Below are positions 39,960 to 52,148 of a DNA stretch of 64,000 nt, one piece after another. The notes beneath the pieces were generated by a model, which was not told the DNA's origin, made no database searches, and saw only the letters and a list, made by a program, of their open reading frames with translations. Position numbers and translations under genes: made by a program. The stretch's first letter is position 1; every line of letters starts with the position of its first letter. The stretch is taken from NCBI GenBank assembly GCA_951406725.2, contig OX597826.1, forward strand, positions 40,796,001 to 40,860,000, read 5' to 3'. Source of the stretch: Octopus vulgaris. Its lineage: Eukaryota.

Positions 39960-40650
39960 GAGTTTGTGGGACCAAATAAGAAATAGTTTATAAAATATCT
40001 AAAATAAGATCAGTTATTGTTGATCGAAGAGAGGTGAGTTCAAACAGTACTTGTATCACACTGTAATAATGTCTAAGAAAAACATTTTTGTCCCAGGGAA
40101 ATCTTCGATTAATTATGCAACGCCTGATGTTTTACTGTCTTTCAATACCATTCTTTGATAATTGCTTTTAAATCTAAAATAATATATATCAAAACAATGT
40201 ATCAATATCATCGATACAGAAATACTTTATTATTACAGCTTTCAAGTAAGATGTTGATCGTCGGCATTGTAGAATTTCTCGTTTTTGCATTTCAGACCCA
40301 AGTTTTTTGGATTCCATGACTGTCTTTTCGTTGAGATGTATGGTGGAATGGTAGGCATTAATTGTTTGTAAAATCCATATGGCTCGCTGTTGCAGTCCTT
40401 TTAGAAACTTATAAAAAAATATAGGAATCATCATTTCATAAGGAAATATATCGTTATATATATTTATGGAAAATATTAAACACAAATTATAGCTAATACT
40501 CATTCAATTGGGGTTATGATTTTTGAAGCGAACCTTGAAATTATATTTTAAAATGAGAATTATAACATGACTATTAACTATTTTTAAATACTGTTATTAA
40601 ACAGTTTGTGGTTTGAACCAAAAGAAACAAGAGCATTTTGACAACGTTAT
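39960..40650 (-). pseudogene. Possible highly decayed Penelope-type reverse transcriptase
   Basis: Minus-strand KTVMESK...KYFCIDDI...FFLDII in the order and rough spacing of PLE RT motifs GTAMG / RYIDDI / LPFLDV; weak. Confidence 0.3.
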
Positions 40651-41051
40651 TGTCTTTAAAATAGAGAAATGACACATTGAATTGGACAGCCTTCAACAGC
40701 AGCAATAAGTCGCCATATTACAAGGTATCACCACCACCCCTAATACCAACGTTACTCCATAAGAATACCGTTGATAGAAACGAGCCTGCCAGCTAACCAC
40801 AGTTGTCCGATGAAAATTGAGCTATGCAATGTTCTTTTCCAAATCACATTCAATCCTTCATGTGGCGATAACATTTCATAAAGCAACTCAGTCAACTATC
40901 AACAGTTTCATAAGGTCATGTCATTAAAAAGTTTTCCCTCCAAAACACACGGTTCCGAGATCGACTATAATGCGCAGCACTTTAAACAAGTATTTTCTTT
41001 AATAGTCTTTTGTAAATGGAAATATGTAGGACGAAAACGGTACAGAAGACC

Positions 41052-41112
<61 letters not shown>

Positions 41113-41167
41113 GTGTGTATGTATGTATGTGCGTATATCATATACTAGCAGAGATTTTTTATTAATT

Positions 41168-41790
41168 GTGTCATGTGACTCCGGCCATACTGGAGCACCG
41201 CCTTTAGTAAAAAAAAATTAGACCAGAGGAGTTATTCTTTGTAAACCTAGTACTTAGTCTATCAGTGTCTTTTGCCGAACCGCTAAGTTATACTCTTTTA
41301 CTCTTTACTCTTTTACTTGTTTCAGTCATTTGACTGTGGCCATGCTGGAGCACCGCCTTTAGTCGAGCAAATCGACCCCGGGACTTATTCTTTGTAAGCC
41401 CAGTACTTATTCTATCGGTCTCTTTTGTCGAACCGCTAAGTGACGGGGACGTAAACACACCAGCATCGGTTGTCAAGCAATGCTAGGGGGACAAACACAG
41501 ACACACAAACATACACACACATATATATATACATATATACGACAGGCTTCTTTCAGTTTCCGTCTACCAAATCCACTCACAAGGCATTGGTCGGCCCGAG
41601 GCTATAACAGAAGACACTTGCCCAAGATGTCACGCAGTGGGACTGAAACCGGAACCATGTGGTTGGTAAGCAAGCTACTTACCACACAGCCAGAACATAA
41701 ACACAGCAACATCGGTTGTCAAGCAATGGTGGGGGTGCAAACGCAGACACATACACACACACACACACAAGTATACATATATATACGACA
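41168..41790 (-). mobile_element. Young SINE A (41291-41692) nested in an older SINE A
   Basis: The older copy breaks at ccgctaagtta (41290) and resumes at gaacataaacacagcaacatcggttgtcaagc (41693). Confidence 0.85.
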
Positions 41791-42259
41791 ATCATTATTT
41801 TGTTCCACCGGTCGATCACATACGTAAGAAAGCAGTGGAATAACGCCAGGTGATGTGTTAATCATCTGTTGTCGTCTGGTATGCATTGTGTGGGTGCTGA
41901 GGCCTTAGTCTCGTGTCGGCAAGTAGAAGTTAGGCTATAAAGCTTTTCTGAGAAGCAGATGCTGCAGGATTTGAGAGAGCCTTTATCTAACATTTCCCAG
42001 CAGATGCTACTGATCTCTTCTTTGTCTCTTGCATTCTAAACAAGTTCTGAAATCTACGATGCGTTCACCAAGTCGTGATAGTAACACAATCTTTAAATAA
42101 AATAAGCGTACTGGTTTCTGTTTGCAGATATAAATTTCTTTTTGATGTTGATAGTGATAACGACCATATGAGTACCAGTTCAACTTCAACTTTATCACTT
42201 CCGCCACCACTAATGATACAAGGTTAACTACTACTATTATGAACACTAGCCTTATAACT

Positions 42260-42301
<42 letters not shown>

Positions 42302-42479
42302 CTGTCCAATATCACGGAGGATGGAGTAGGAGAAAGAGTAGTATAAGTGAAGTGAGAGGAGAGGAAATAGTAATTCAGTGAAGGGGAAGTAGTGAGAGTA
42401 ATAGCCATGACTGAGAAGGAGTGAGAGAAAGTAATAGCAATGGGAGAGAGGAAGTGGTAAAGAGCGCGTCGTTTATCTT

Positions 42480-42663
42480 CTACAATAATAATACTCTTGT
42501 GTTTTTGTCCGTCACAACATACGGATGAGAAAGAAAGGGCTGATAGATGAATAACGAAGGAAGGGGTGGAAAAAAATCAGCTTTTCAACTCTGTGAATAT
42601 ATGTGTGTGTATGTAAAAGGGAGGTATGTGATTGTTTGTGTGTGTGTATGTGTGTGTGTGTGT

Positions 42664-42715
<52 letters not shown>

Positions 42716-43033
42716 ACATGTGTGCGTGTGTACGTGTATGTGTGTGTGTGTGCAAGGGAAGTATGTGAATGTATGTGAACATTGACAAGTGTATTAATTT
42801 AATTTACCATTCATATATTCTACTATAATAATACTCTTCTGTATTTCTCTGTCACAACATATGAATGAGAAAAGGATGGGTGATAGATGAATAAGGAAGG
42901 AAAGGGTGACGGCAAACTTGGTAGTGGGATGATGGAAGTTCTATGGTGAAAAAAATCAAACAGCGTTTCAACTCTCTGTGAGTATATGTGTGTATGTGTG
43001 CGCGTGTACAAAGGAAGTATGTGAATGTTTGTA
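42480..43033 (+). repeat. Diverged tandem duplication (units ~42480-42778 and ~42820-43033)
   Basis: aataatactctt...gtcacaacata...tgatagatgaataa...aaaaaatca...tttcaactct...ggaagtatgtgaatgt occurs twice. Confidence 0.8.
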
Positions 43034-43124
43034 TCTGTGATTATTATGTACCTTATTTTGTGCCTTGTTTATATATAAAATACTACAATTAGCCATCAAT
43101 TTTGATGGCACGTGCGCAGCTAGT

Positions 43125-43207
<83 letters not shown>

Positions 43208-43214
43208 CAACACA

Positions 43215-43855
43215 TAATGAAAAGAAATACAAATAACTGCAGAATCTGTGTTGATGCAGAAGAAATATTAAATCATATTGTCTCTGGCTGCCAGTCCTGG
43301 CTAAGAAGAAACATATTCACAGACTCGACAGAGTTGGGACCTATATACACTGGAAGCTATGTCCATACTATAAAATAACAACAACAAAAAATACGGTATA
43401 GGCACACCCCAGAAAAGGTCACAGAAAATGAGAAAGCAACCATTCTCTAGAGTATGCCAATACTCACAAGGCTTTAATGTCGGATATAGTGGTCAGAGAT
43501 CACCCCAAAAAATGTTTTATAATCAATGTATTATAACAGTAGATAACAACGTTTCTCTAAATGAAACGGAGATGCTTTCAAAATACAAAGATCGGGAAAT
43601 AGAGATAACTCGAATGTGGAGCCTAAACACGGAAGCAATTCCTATTATAGTAGGTGCATTAAGTATGATAAAAAAAGCATTTCGACAAATACATAGCAAA
43701 AACACCAGGACTTACAAGTATATTTAACATACAGAAAATAGCATCACTAGGTACCGCACACATCCTACGTACAACACTGTCAATACAGTGAAAATAAGAG
43801 AACCACGACATACCCAAAGCAAACAGAGCTACACTCGATAATGTAGTGAAAGCAC

Positions 43856-43858
<3 letters not shown>
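43215..43858 (+). mobile_element. R4/Dong-type RLE LINE 3' fragment between (AAT)n and (AGT)n/(AAT)n
   Basis: CRICVDAEEILNHIVSGC, HRLDRVGTYIHWKLC, KYKDREIEITRMWSLNTEAIPIIVGAL. Confidence 0.85.
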
Positions 43859-43938
<80 letters not shown>

Positions 43939-43997
43939 GGTAGTAGTAATAATAATAATTAATTATAATAATAATAATAATAATAATAATGATGATG

Positions 43998-44540
43998 ATT
44001 CCTTTATTAATCACAAGAGTATACATTAAGAAAAACATTATGGACCCTGCAGGACAAAACGAAGAATGTGTGTGTGTATGTATGTGAGTGTGTGTATGTG
44101 TGTGTGTGTGTGTGTGTTGTGAGGGGTTTGCGTGTAAACAAGACTATTCATTTTTAAAATCAACAATGTGTGATCCTCAATAGGGAGGAGACTTCGAGGG
44201 CTGCTCATGGAAAAACCCCATAAAAAACCATGGGTACCGTGACTTTTGGGGCAGATGCCCTTTTCCTTTTTTCCAACTACAGGCTTATGCTCAAGGCCGG
44301 CCCGCTCACTCGCACCATTCTCGCTACATTCATCCACTTTTCAGCAAACTGGCTAGAAGACATTCTTCCCTCTCTACCCTTACTTTCCTTTTCAAGCGAA
44401 ACTTGAAGACGTTGGCCAAAGAGAAAAGGATTTGTTTTCAGCCCCTTCAATCTCGTCCACCATACAACCCCTTTCGCCATGACCACCAGGCATATACAAA
44501 CAACCTTTCCTTTTTGGTTACAGGAAGGCTGCGGGGCGAA
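43998..44540 (-). mobile_element. Tx1-like (L1-group) LINE 3' fragment, copy 1
   Basis: ICLVVMAKGVVWWTRLKGL...KWMNVARM; 3' UTR with AATAAA then (ATC)/(ATT)n; homologous to 45024-45860 and 58192-59655. Confidence 0.7.
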
Positions 44541-44547
44541 TAATAAA

Positions 44548-44834
44548 GGTTTGAATAATTCACCTCTGGAGACAAGAGTGCTTCGTTCATCATCATTAAA
44601 CAAACCTTATTCAGGGACTTTTTTGAGCTGGAGGGATCACCCAACCTGAAGAAAATTCTAACCTGCAAAGTTATGCGCTGTTTATCTAGATATGAAGTCA
44701 CCATGTCGCACACATATGGCTGTGATTGCATGTGCCTGATGTGCTCTTATCAGATGGATAGTCATGATGGTTATATTAGGCTTCGTATATTTGTACCCCA
44801 GGGTCACTTTGATGGCATGCGCTGCTCTCTCACT
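44548..44834 (+). mobile_element. Element X, 3' half, with (GAA)n tail
   Basis: Diverged reverse complement of 7644-7940. Confidence 0.8.
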
Positions 44835-44866
<32 letters not shown>

Positions 44867-45023
44867 AGAAGAAGAAGAAGAAGAAGAAGAAGAAGAAGAG
44901 GAGGAAGTGGAAGAAGAAGAAGTGGAAGAGGAAGAAGAAGAAGAAGAAGAAGAAGAAGAAGAAGAAGAAGAAGAAGAAGAAGAAGAAGAAGAAGAAGAAG
45001 AAGAAGAAGAAGAAGAAGAAGAA
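44835..45023. repeat. (GAA)n microsatellite
   Basis: Directly visible; gives spurious poly-E/K/F/L ORFs. Confidence 0.95.
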
Positions 45024-45860
45024 GGATTCTTCTATTAACCACAAGGGTTTGCATTGAGAAAAATATGATGGACAACACACAAGACAAAACAGAGAACGTG
45101 TGTGTATGTGAGTTTGTGTTGTTGCTAGGGTTTGCGTGTAAACAAGACTAACAATTTTTTTTTAATTCTTTTAAATAAGAAAGAAAGAAAAAGAAAGTAA
45201 GAACTCAACAATGTGTAATCCTCAATAGAGAGGAGACGTTCGGGGGGGGGGACTGCTCATGGAAAAACTCCATAAAAAACCATGGGTACCGTTACTTTGG
45301 GGGCAGGTGCCTTTTTTACTTTCACTTTTTCCAACTACAGGCGTATTCTCAGGGCAGGCCCATTCACTCGCACCATTCTCGCCACTTTCGTCCACTTTGC
45401 AGCAAACTGTCAAAAAGACAACACTTTCCCCTTTACCGTTATTTTCCTTTTCATGTGAAACTTGAAGAGGTTGATCAGAGATTGGTCAAAGAGAAAAGAG
45501 TTTGTCTTCAGCCCCTTCAATCTCGTTCACCGTACAACCTCTTTCGTCATGGCCACCAGGCATATAAAAACAGCCTTTCCTTCCCGGTTAACGGAAGGAG
45601 ATGGGGCGATCTTCACAAAGGATTCAGTTGATAGCTAGATCCGTCCTACACGCCACAGGTCAGTAATACTCGGACACTGGACGAGTGCATGCAGGGCCGT
45701 CTCGTCGTCCTGCACGCATCCCGGACATGCTCGGCTGACGGCACTTCCGTGCCAGTAAAGTTTATCTCGAACAGGCACTGCTCGGCCAGAGATTTTTGGA
45801 AATTATTCAACGATCCCGGCCCGAAAGTTCTCTGGAAAAGAACGACTAGCTGATCTTCTT
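45024..45860 (-). mobile_element. Tx1-like LINE 3' fragment, copy 2
   Basis: Same 3' sequence as copy 1 plus LFQRTFGPGSLNNFQKSLA.QC region, also present in copy 3. Confidence 0.7.
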
Positions 45861-46099
45861 CGGCTAATGATAATAATAATATCTGCAATGTATCAACTAT
45901 TACTGAAATAAGCATTCCTATCATCAGCATTACACTTATTCACACCGTCACTACATCTACTGCTTCTTCCGTCGTCGTCGTTGTTGTTGTTGTTGTTTAT
46001 GCTAGTGCTGTTGTCTTCTTCTTCTTCCAATCAGGACTCACGCCATTAGCCACAAAGAATAATCTCTAATTCGAGCCTACTCTAAGCTACTAAAAATGC

Positions 46100-46504
46100 G
46101 TGTGGCAACATGAAGATGCACCCACCACACGCGATAGACTGGCGGTTGCACGGGCGCGAAAACTACGTTGTTATCCTCATTCCGTAAACGGTGGCTTTTA
46201 ACGGGTGGAGAGCTGAACCATCCTGGGGTACAGAGGATTCTCAATCTAGACTAGGGTCTGAAAGTTTACCACACCATAGTGGGTTACACTATGGTTCCTC
46301 TGCTTTGTGGCAGAAGTAGGCAGAAAAAGTCAGAGAAAGTTGTGGTGAAAGAGTACAGCGGGGTTCACCCTCCCGCCCCGCCAGAGCCTTGTGGAGCTTA
46401 GGTGTTTTTGCTCAATAAACACTCACAATGCCCGGTCTGGGAATCGAAACCGCGTTCTTACGACCGCGAGTCCGCTGCCCTAACCACTGGGCCATTGCGT
46501 CTCC
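46100..46504 (-). mobile_element. tRNA-derived SINE family C
   Basis: Minus head ggagacgcaaTGGCCCAGTGGttagggcagcggactcgcggtc...GGTTTCGATTCCc, then non-tRNA body; 3' boundary uncertain. Confidence 0.75.
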
Positions 46505-46541
46505 ACAGTGCTGTTGTTGCTACTTCTACTGCTACTGCTAC

Positions 46542-46586
<45 letters not shown>

Positions 46587-46887
46587 CACTAAAGTGATCT
46601 ACTGTTATTGTCATGCCTCTTTACAGTTTTCCGTGACAGCTCCATTATCTAATTATAAGAAACGTGCAACAACAATGCAATGATTCATCATACGACCACG
46701 TGAAAGATGAGCATAAACTGCATCCTCATCGACACTACTACCACTTCAACCACTACCACCGGCATCATCATCATCATAATCAATTATATCTGATGTAGAC
46801 AAATAGGTTTACAACCGCACGCAACCAAGTAACCATTACCATCATCATCTCAAACATCTAATAATAATAATAATTATCATTATTCAA

Positions 46888-47245
46888 TTTTCTGCCAAAA
46901 GGACAGCTTGGGGAAGATGGAGATTAGTCGATTACGTGGATTATTTTATCGACCGAAAGGCAAAGTCGACCTCGACGGAATTTGAACTCACAACGTAGCG
47001 ACGGGCAAAATATCTATTTCTTTACTACCCACAAGGGGCTAAACACAGAGAGGACAAACAAGGGCAGACAAACGGATTAATTCGATTATATCGACCCCAG
47101 TGCGTAACTGGTACTTATTTAATCGACCCCGAAAGGATGAAAGGCAAAGTCGACCTCGGCGGAATTTGAACTCAGAACGTAGCAGCAGACGAAATACCGC
47201 TAAGCATTTCGCCCGACGGACTAATATTTCTGCCAGCTCGCCGCC
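46888..47245 (-). mobile_element. SINE family B full copy (47014-47245) plus adjacent partial copy
   Basis: Matches 38634-38862; aaggcaaagtcgacctcg.cggaatttgaactca occurs twice. Confidence 0.9.
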
Positions 47246-47259
47246 TTAATAATAATAGC

Positions 47260-47314
<55 letters not shown>

Positions 47315-47316
47315 GC

Positions 47317-47363
<47 letters not shown>

Positions 47364-47478
47364 TAATAATAATAATAATTTCTACTATAGGTAAAAGGCC
47401 TGAAATTTTGGGGGAGGGGACAAGTCGATTGAATCAGGCATAAACCACCTAAAAGATGACATTAATTTTGTTTCCGTT

Positions 47479-47838
47479 TTGGTTGGAAAATTGTTCTCTG
47501 TGAACGAAAATGTCAGTGTTCTTAAGGTCGCTCGGCTAGGAAGATTCCAAGCGAACCCAACCGCAGATACTAGACCACGCCCAATAAGGGTAATCTTTTC
47601 TTCTGATCGGGAGGCTTCAGTCTTTCTGAACAGAGCTCAGACGCATGCCTGGGAGGACCCCAATATGGGTTTTCGCGAGGAATACTCACTAAGAGAGAGA
47701 ATTCGCCGGAGGAACCTGATATCCGAGCTAAAGATGAGGAAACAAATGGGAGAGAAGGGTTTACGAATCCAAGATGGACAGATAATCAAGTCCTACCTCT
47801 GGTCCCATGCTGTAGTGCTGACAGGGAAAGTGATGTGA
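47479..47838 (+). CDS. LINE ORF1 C-terminal part (partial)
   Basis: RLGRF...RPRPIRVIF...EEYSLRERIRRRNLISELKMRK...LRIQDGQII, typical of CR1/L2 ORF1 C-termini. Confidence 0.75.
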   Translation: MVGKLFSVNENVSVLKVARLGRFQANPTADTRPRPIRVIFSSDREASVFLNRAQTHAWEDPNMGFREEYSLRERIRRRNLISELKMRKQMGEKGLRIQDGQIIKSYLWSHAVVLTGKVM

Positions 47839-50723
47839 GGGCAAATCGAAGTGAAGTTGATACCCCCGTCAACGATGCTATCTCTGATGCCCTTTATTCT
47901 GCTTGTTCCCCAACTCCCGCCCCTCAGACTTCACAGCTCAGCATCGTCTACACCAACTCGTGCTCCTTATTCCCAAAGTTCAGTGAACTATTTACACTGG
48001 CCCTACGCGACTCCCCTGATGTGATAGCTATCACCGAGACTTGGCTGACTCCAGCAGTAAAGGACTCAGAGATCCACCTGCAGGGCTACGTCCTTTTCAG
48101 ATGTGACAGAGGAAAAAGGCGAGGTGGAGGTGTTGCTGTGTATGTTAAGTCTGAGCACAAACCGTCCTGCGGTATTCTACCCACAAATGCTCAACCTACA
48201 ACCAAATTCGATGCCGTCTATTGCAAGCTGAGCCTATCTGAGTTTTGCCTGCCCGTGTTGGCTGTCTACAGGCCGCCTCTAGCCGACCCCCAGGACGATG
48301 CTCATCTACTCGAAGCGATAAGATTCGTTTCAGCTTCGCATGACTGCTTGGTACTAGACGACTTCAACGCTCCCACGATCGATTGGCCCGCATCAATTTG
48401 TACAACATCTTCCCGGTTCGGCCAGGCCCTTCTTGACGTGGCTGAAGATTGTTTTCTATCGCAACATGTTGAATATCCGACAAGGCATCGGTCTGGGCAG
48501 CAGCCATCTATGCTAGATCTGGTATTCTCCCGCTATCCAAGATCAGTGTCAGACGTATCTGTGTGCGCCCCTCTTGCCAAGAGTGATCATGCGGTCCTGA
48601 AGTTCGTCATGCACACAACTTTTTCCACGCCCATGATTACTTCGCTGCCACGTAGAGTCTTCTCTGCAATTAATCTTGAAATTCTAACCGAGGCTTCCGC
48701 ACTTCTGGACTGGCGTTCCCTGATGACGTTGTCCTCAGTTGACGAACTATGGTCATCCCTCAAAGCATATGTAATCTGTTTGACTGACCAGGCAGTTCCC
48801 GTTGGACTTCCCAAGAGGAAGAAACACAAGCCCTGGGTGACGAAGAAGGTTAAACGAGAACGTCGACTCAGAGATATTGCTTGGGCTGAATTCAAAAATC
48901 TGGATTCGACTGCAGCTTTTGAGGTGTACAAAACTCAACGAGACCGAGCCGTGAAAATTGAAAAGAAAGAACGCTTCAGTTATGAATACAAAATCGCGGC
49001 AAATGCCAGTAGCAATCCAAAAACCTGCTTTGCCTATGTCCAGCGGAATTCCCGCTTGAACAACCAGATTGCAACGTTGGTAGACTCAACAGGCGTATCG
49101 ATTGAGGACCCTTATCAACAGAGTCAATTATTTGCCGAGGCTTTTTCAACTATTTTCAAACAAGATGATGGTCGTGAACCCCCTCCATTTGACAGATCGA
49201 TACCTCCAATGCTTCGATTGATCATCACGCGGGACCAAGTCAAACGTATTATTCAAGGCCTCGATGTCAACAAGGGTCACGGCCCTGACGGCATACACCC
49301 ACGGGTTATCAAAGCGTTGGCTCCGGTCATCTGCCAGCCCTTAACACGACTATTCAATATGTCATTGGCGACGGGTGTTATACCTGCAGACTGGAGAACA
49401 GCGATAATCTGCCCAATTTTCAAGAAAGGGAGCCGCGAAGACCCGCTTAACTACCGACCGGTTTCCCTTACATCAATAATCAGCAAGATGTTCGAAACCA
49501 TCCTTAAGAAAAGTATGATGCTCCACCTCCTAAACACAGCCTCGATCACTGATTCCCAACACGGCTTCGTGCCGAAGAGATCATGCTTGACCAACTTACT
49601 AGTAATGGAAGAATTGGTGACGCGCATCCTCGATGATAGTGATGCTGTTGACATCGTTTTATTGGACTTTGCCAAAGCTTTTGACTCGGTAAACCACCGC
49701 CTACTACTTGTCAAGCTTCAAGCATATAGTTTCCATCCGGATATTGTACGATGGGTTGGTGCCTTCCTCTCAGATCGCTCCTTCTAAGTTCAAGTTAATG
49801 GTTCGCGGTCCGACGTCTCCAGTGCGAGCAGTGGCGTGCCTCAAGGTTCAGTGCTTGGGCCCTTGTTGTTCTTAGTCTTCATAAATGACTTGCCCGACGA
49901 CCTCACGCAACACACCCTTCTATTTGCCGACGATATCAAACTGGTCGCTCCTCGCGGTAGTATAGAGGATCTTCGTCGATGCCTCCACCAAATTTGGAAG
50001 TGGTCTAACGATTGGGACCTGTGTCTGAACGTGTCAAAGTGCTGTCATCTGCCTGTCGGCTCTACTCCTGCAACTCAACTTGATTTCGAGCCGGGTCGTC
50101 TGCTGCTGGAGAGGACCGATCAGGTAAAGGACCTGGGTATCTTGGTGGATTCCTCCTTTTCGCCTTCGGCCCAGTGCGTCCATGCTGCCAACAAAGCGCG
50201 CGGAATTCTGTTTTTGATTCGACGGTCATTCGGAATGCTCACAGCAGCCATATTCCTGCCACTCTATGTCACGCTGGTGAGACCCATATTGGAGTATGGG
50301 ATTCAAGCCTCTTCTCCTTATCTCCTCAAAGACATACAGCACCTCGAAAGAGTCCAGAGGCTGGCTACCCGCATGGTTCATGGTCTCAAAAATGTGTCCT
50401 ACGAAGAAAGGCTGAGGACGCTCGACCTTTGTTCTCTTGAAAAACGCCGCCGCCGTGGTGATCTCATTCTCGCCCACAACATCATAAGCGGGAAGTGTAA
50501 CCTCTCGAAAGAGCTGTTCTTCACTCCTGCTCCGGAGCGTCGGCTGCGGGGTCATTCCGAAAAGCTCTACCTGCGACGATTTCATCTCAATCGAAGGAGA
50601 GGAGCTTTCTCCGTCCGGGTTGCGGATCCGTGGAACAAGCTGCCAGACGAGATGGTGAAGATGCCGACGACCGCTTTGTTCAAAGCCTCCCTGGACCTCA
50701 AGTGGCCTGAACTCTTTACATGA
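47835..50723 (+). pseudogene. LINE ORF2 (AP endonuclease + reverse transcriptase) with one in-frame TAA at 49785-49787
   Basis: APE motifs YTN, AITETWL, DFN, LDL, SDH; RT motifs GPDGI, YRPVSLTS, QHGF, DFAKAFDSV, GVPQGSVLGP, FADD, KDLG. ORFs 47835 and 49836 are in the same frame (2001 nt apart). Confidence 0.95.
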
Positions 50724-51497
50724 ACACCACCCTGTACTTAACTCCATGTCCCCCTACATGGCCTTGCTATTTGCTTTTGAGCCAAATTAACTAACTAACT
50801 AACTAACTAACTAACCCCAGTAGTTTACTGGCATTTTATTTTATCGACTCCGGAGAGATGATTTTAAAGTTGGCGTCTATGGTCTCAGAACTCGGGATGT
50901 TTTAAAGTGAAAGGAGAAATTAGGTGAAACATTTTCCGACGCTTTAACGATTTTGCCAGCTCACAGCTTAAATTCTGATTTAAGCGCATGAGCAAATATC
51001 ATGAGACAGAGTTTACTCGATACCACCGCACCTTCTTTTATTGATCCCCGGAGGGATAAGAGGCAAAGTTAACCCGGACAGGATTTGAACTCGGAATGTA
51101 AAGAGACGGAATGAATGCTGCGAGCTACTTCCGATGCCCAATTATTTTGAATGAACACAAACGATTTTTCACTAAATTGAGAACAGATTTAAGAAGAATG
51201 TTGTATTGTCCGAACCTTCTAAACTTTAAACATTTATCATGGAGTGTGGGTGTGTGTGTGTGTGTGTGTACGTTTGCATGTGTGTGAGAGAAAGAGAAAG
51301 AATGAGAGAAAGAGAGAGAACGATTGAAAAAGCGAGAGAAAGAGCGTGAGAAATAGAGAGTGAGAAAGGGGCATATGTTTGTGTTTTTGCGTGTAAGAGA
51401 GACTGTGCTTGTGTGTAAGAGAAAGAGAGAGTGTGTGTACATGTGTGTGAATGTATGTGCATGTGTGTACGTAAGAGTGTGCGCACGCGTACCTTCA

Positions 51498-52080
51498 TAT
51501 CAGGTTGTCAGGTACATTCGTCCGTTTATTTTTATCCAAAAGTTAACACCAAAATTTTTTATCGTACTGCTATGGCTTTCTTTTCATTTTTTTTAACTCT
51601 TCAACAGCTTTTGCTTATCGTTTGGGGAATTTCAATAAATTGTACCCCCTTTCAAGATATATGACAATGGTGTGTTAAGAAGAAAAAAGATGAGCATTTT
51701 CGACACCCGCTTCTTTTCTCTTTCACTCAAAATTCCAGAGCTAGCAGAGCCGCTTGAGAGAAGTCTCCAAAGCTGCCAAGCAGCTTGAGAAGTGCACAGA
51801 AATGGTTTTCACCCTTCAAGGAGGGGAAATTCGACCTCACAGAATTTCCGCGTTCCGGCCGACCCGTCTACTTTAATGAAAATCAGTTGAACCAACCCAT
51901 ATCCACCAGGGAATTAGCTCAGCAGATGGGCTTTTATGATACTATCACCTGTCACCTTCACTCGAGGAGTAAGGTCGAAATACTCGGTTCATGGATGTCG
52001 CACTCTCTATACAACGAAGAGAAACACAACGCACCTCTATCACGGCCAGCCTGTACGCTCGACAACAGACTACTCTTGGA
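51498..52080 (+). mobile_element. Mariner 5' remnant (family distinct from 20465)
   Basis: Possible terminus TAtcaggttgtc; EHFRHPLLF, RSAQKWFSPFKEGKFDLTEFPRSGRP, STRELAQQMG. Confidence 0.75.
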
Positions 52081-52081
52081 C

Positions 52082-52148
<67 letters not shown>

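Larger units (their letters stand above)
47436..50814 (+). mobile_element. CR1/L2-group (APE-type) LINE, 5'-truncated within ORF1, young
   Basis: ORF1 C-terminus, complete-length ORF2, ~65-nt 3' UTR and (TAAC)n tail at 50787-50814; visibly more GC-rich than its flanks. Confidence 0.95.
47378..50965 (-). mobile_element. Old SINE B split by the LINE insertion (halves 47378-47436 and 50814-50965)
   Basis: ...ggggacaagtcgattgaatca | ccccagtagtttactggcatttt... rejoins to the family sequence agtcgattacatcgaccccagt. Confidence 0.7.

Noticed and set aside
46430-46504. Possible tRNA gene
   Set aside because: A/B boxes are present, but acceptor and anticodon stems pair poorly and it continues into a repeat body; a SINE head.
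47821-47832. GGGAAAG as a -1 slippery site between ORF1 and ORF2
   Set aside because: Not in the X XXY YYZ phase relative to ORF1 (codons read ACA GGG AAA GTG).
50787-50814. (TAAC)n as telomeric repeat
   Set aside because: Not TTAGGG-type; positioned as the LINE 3' tail.
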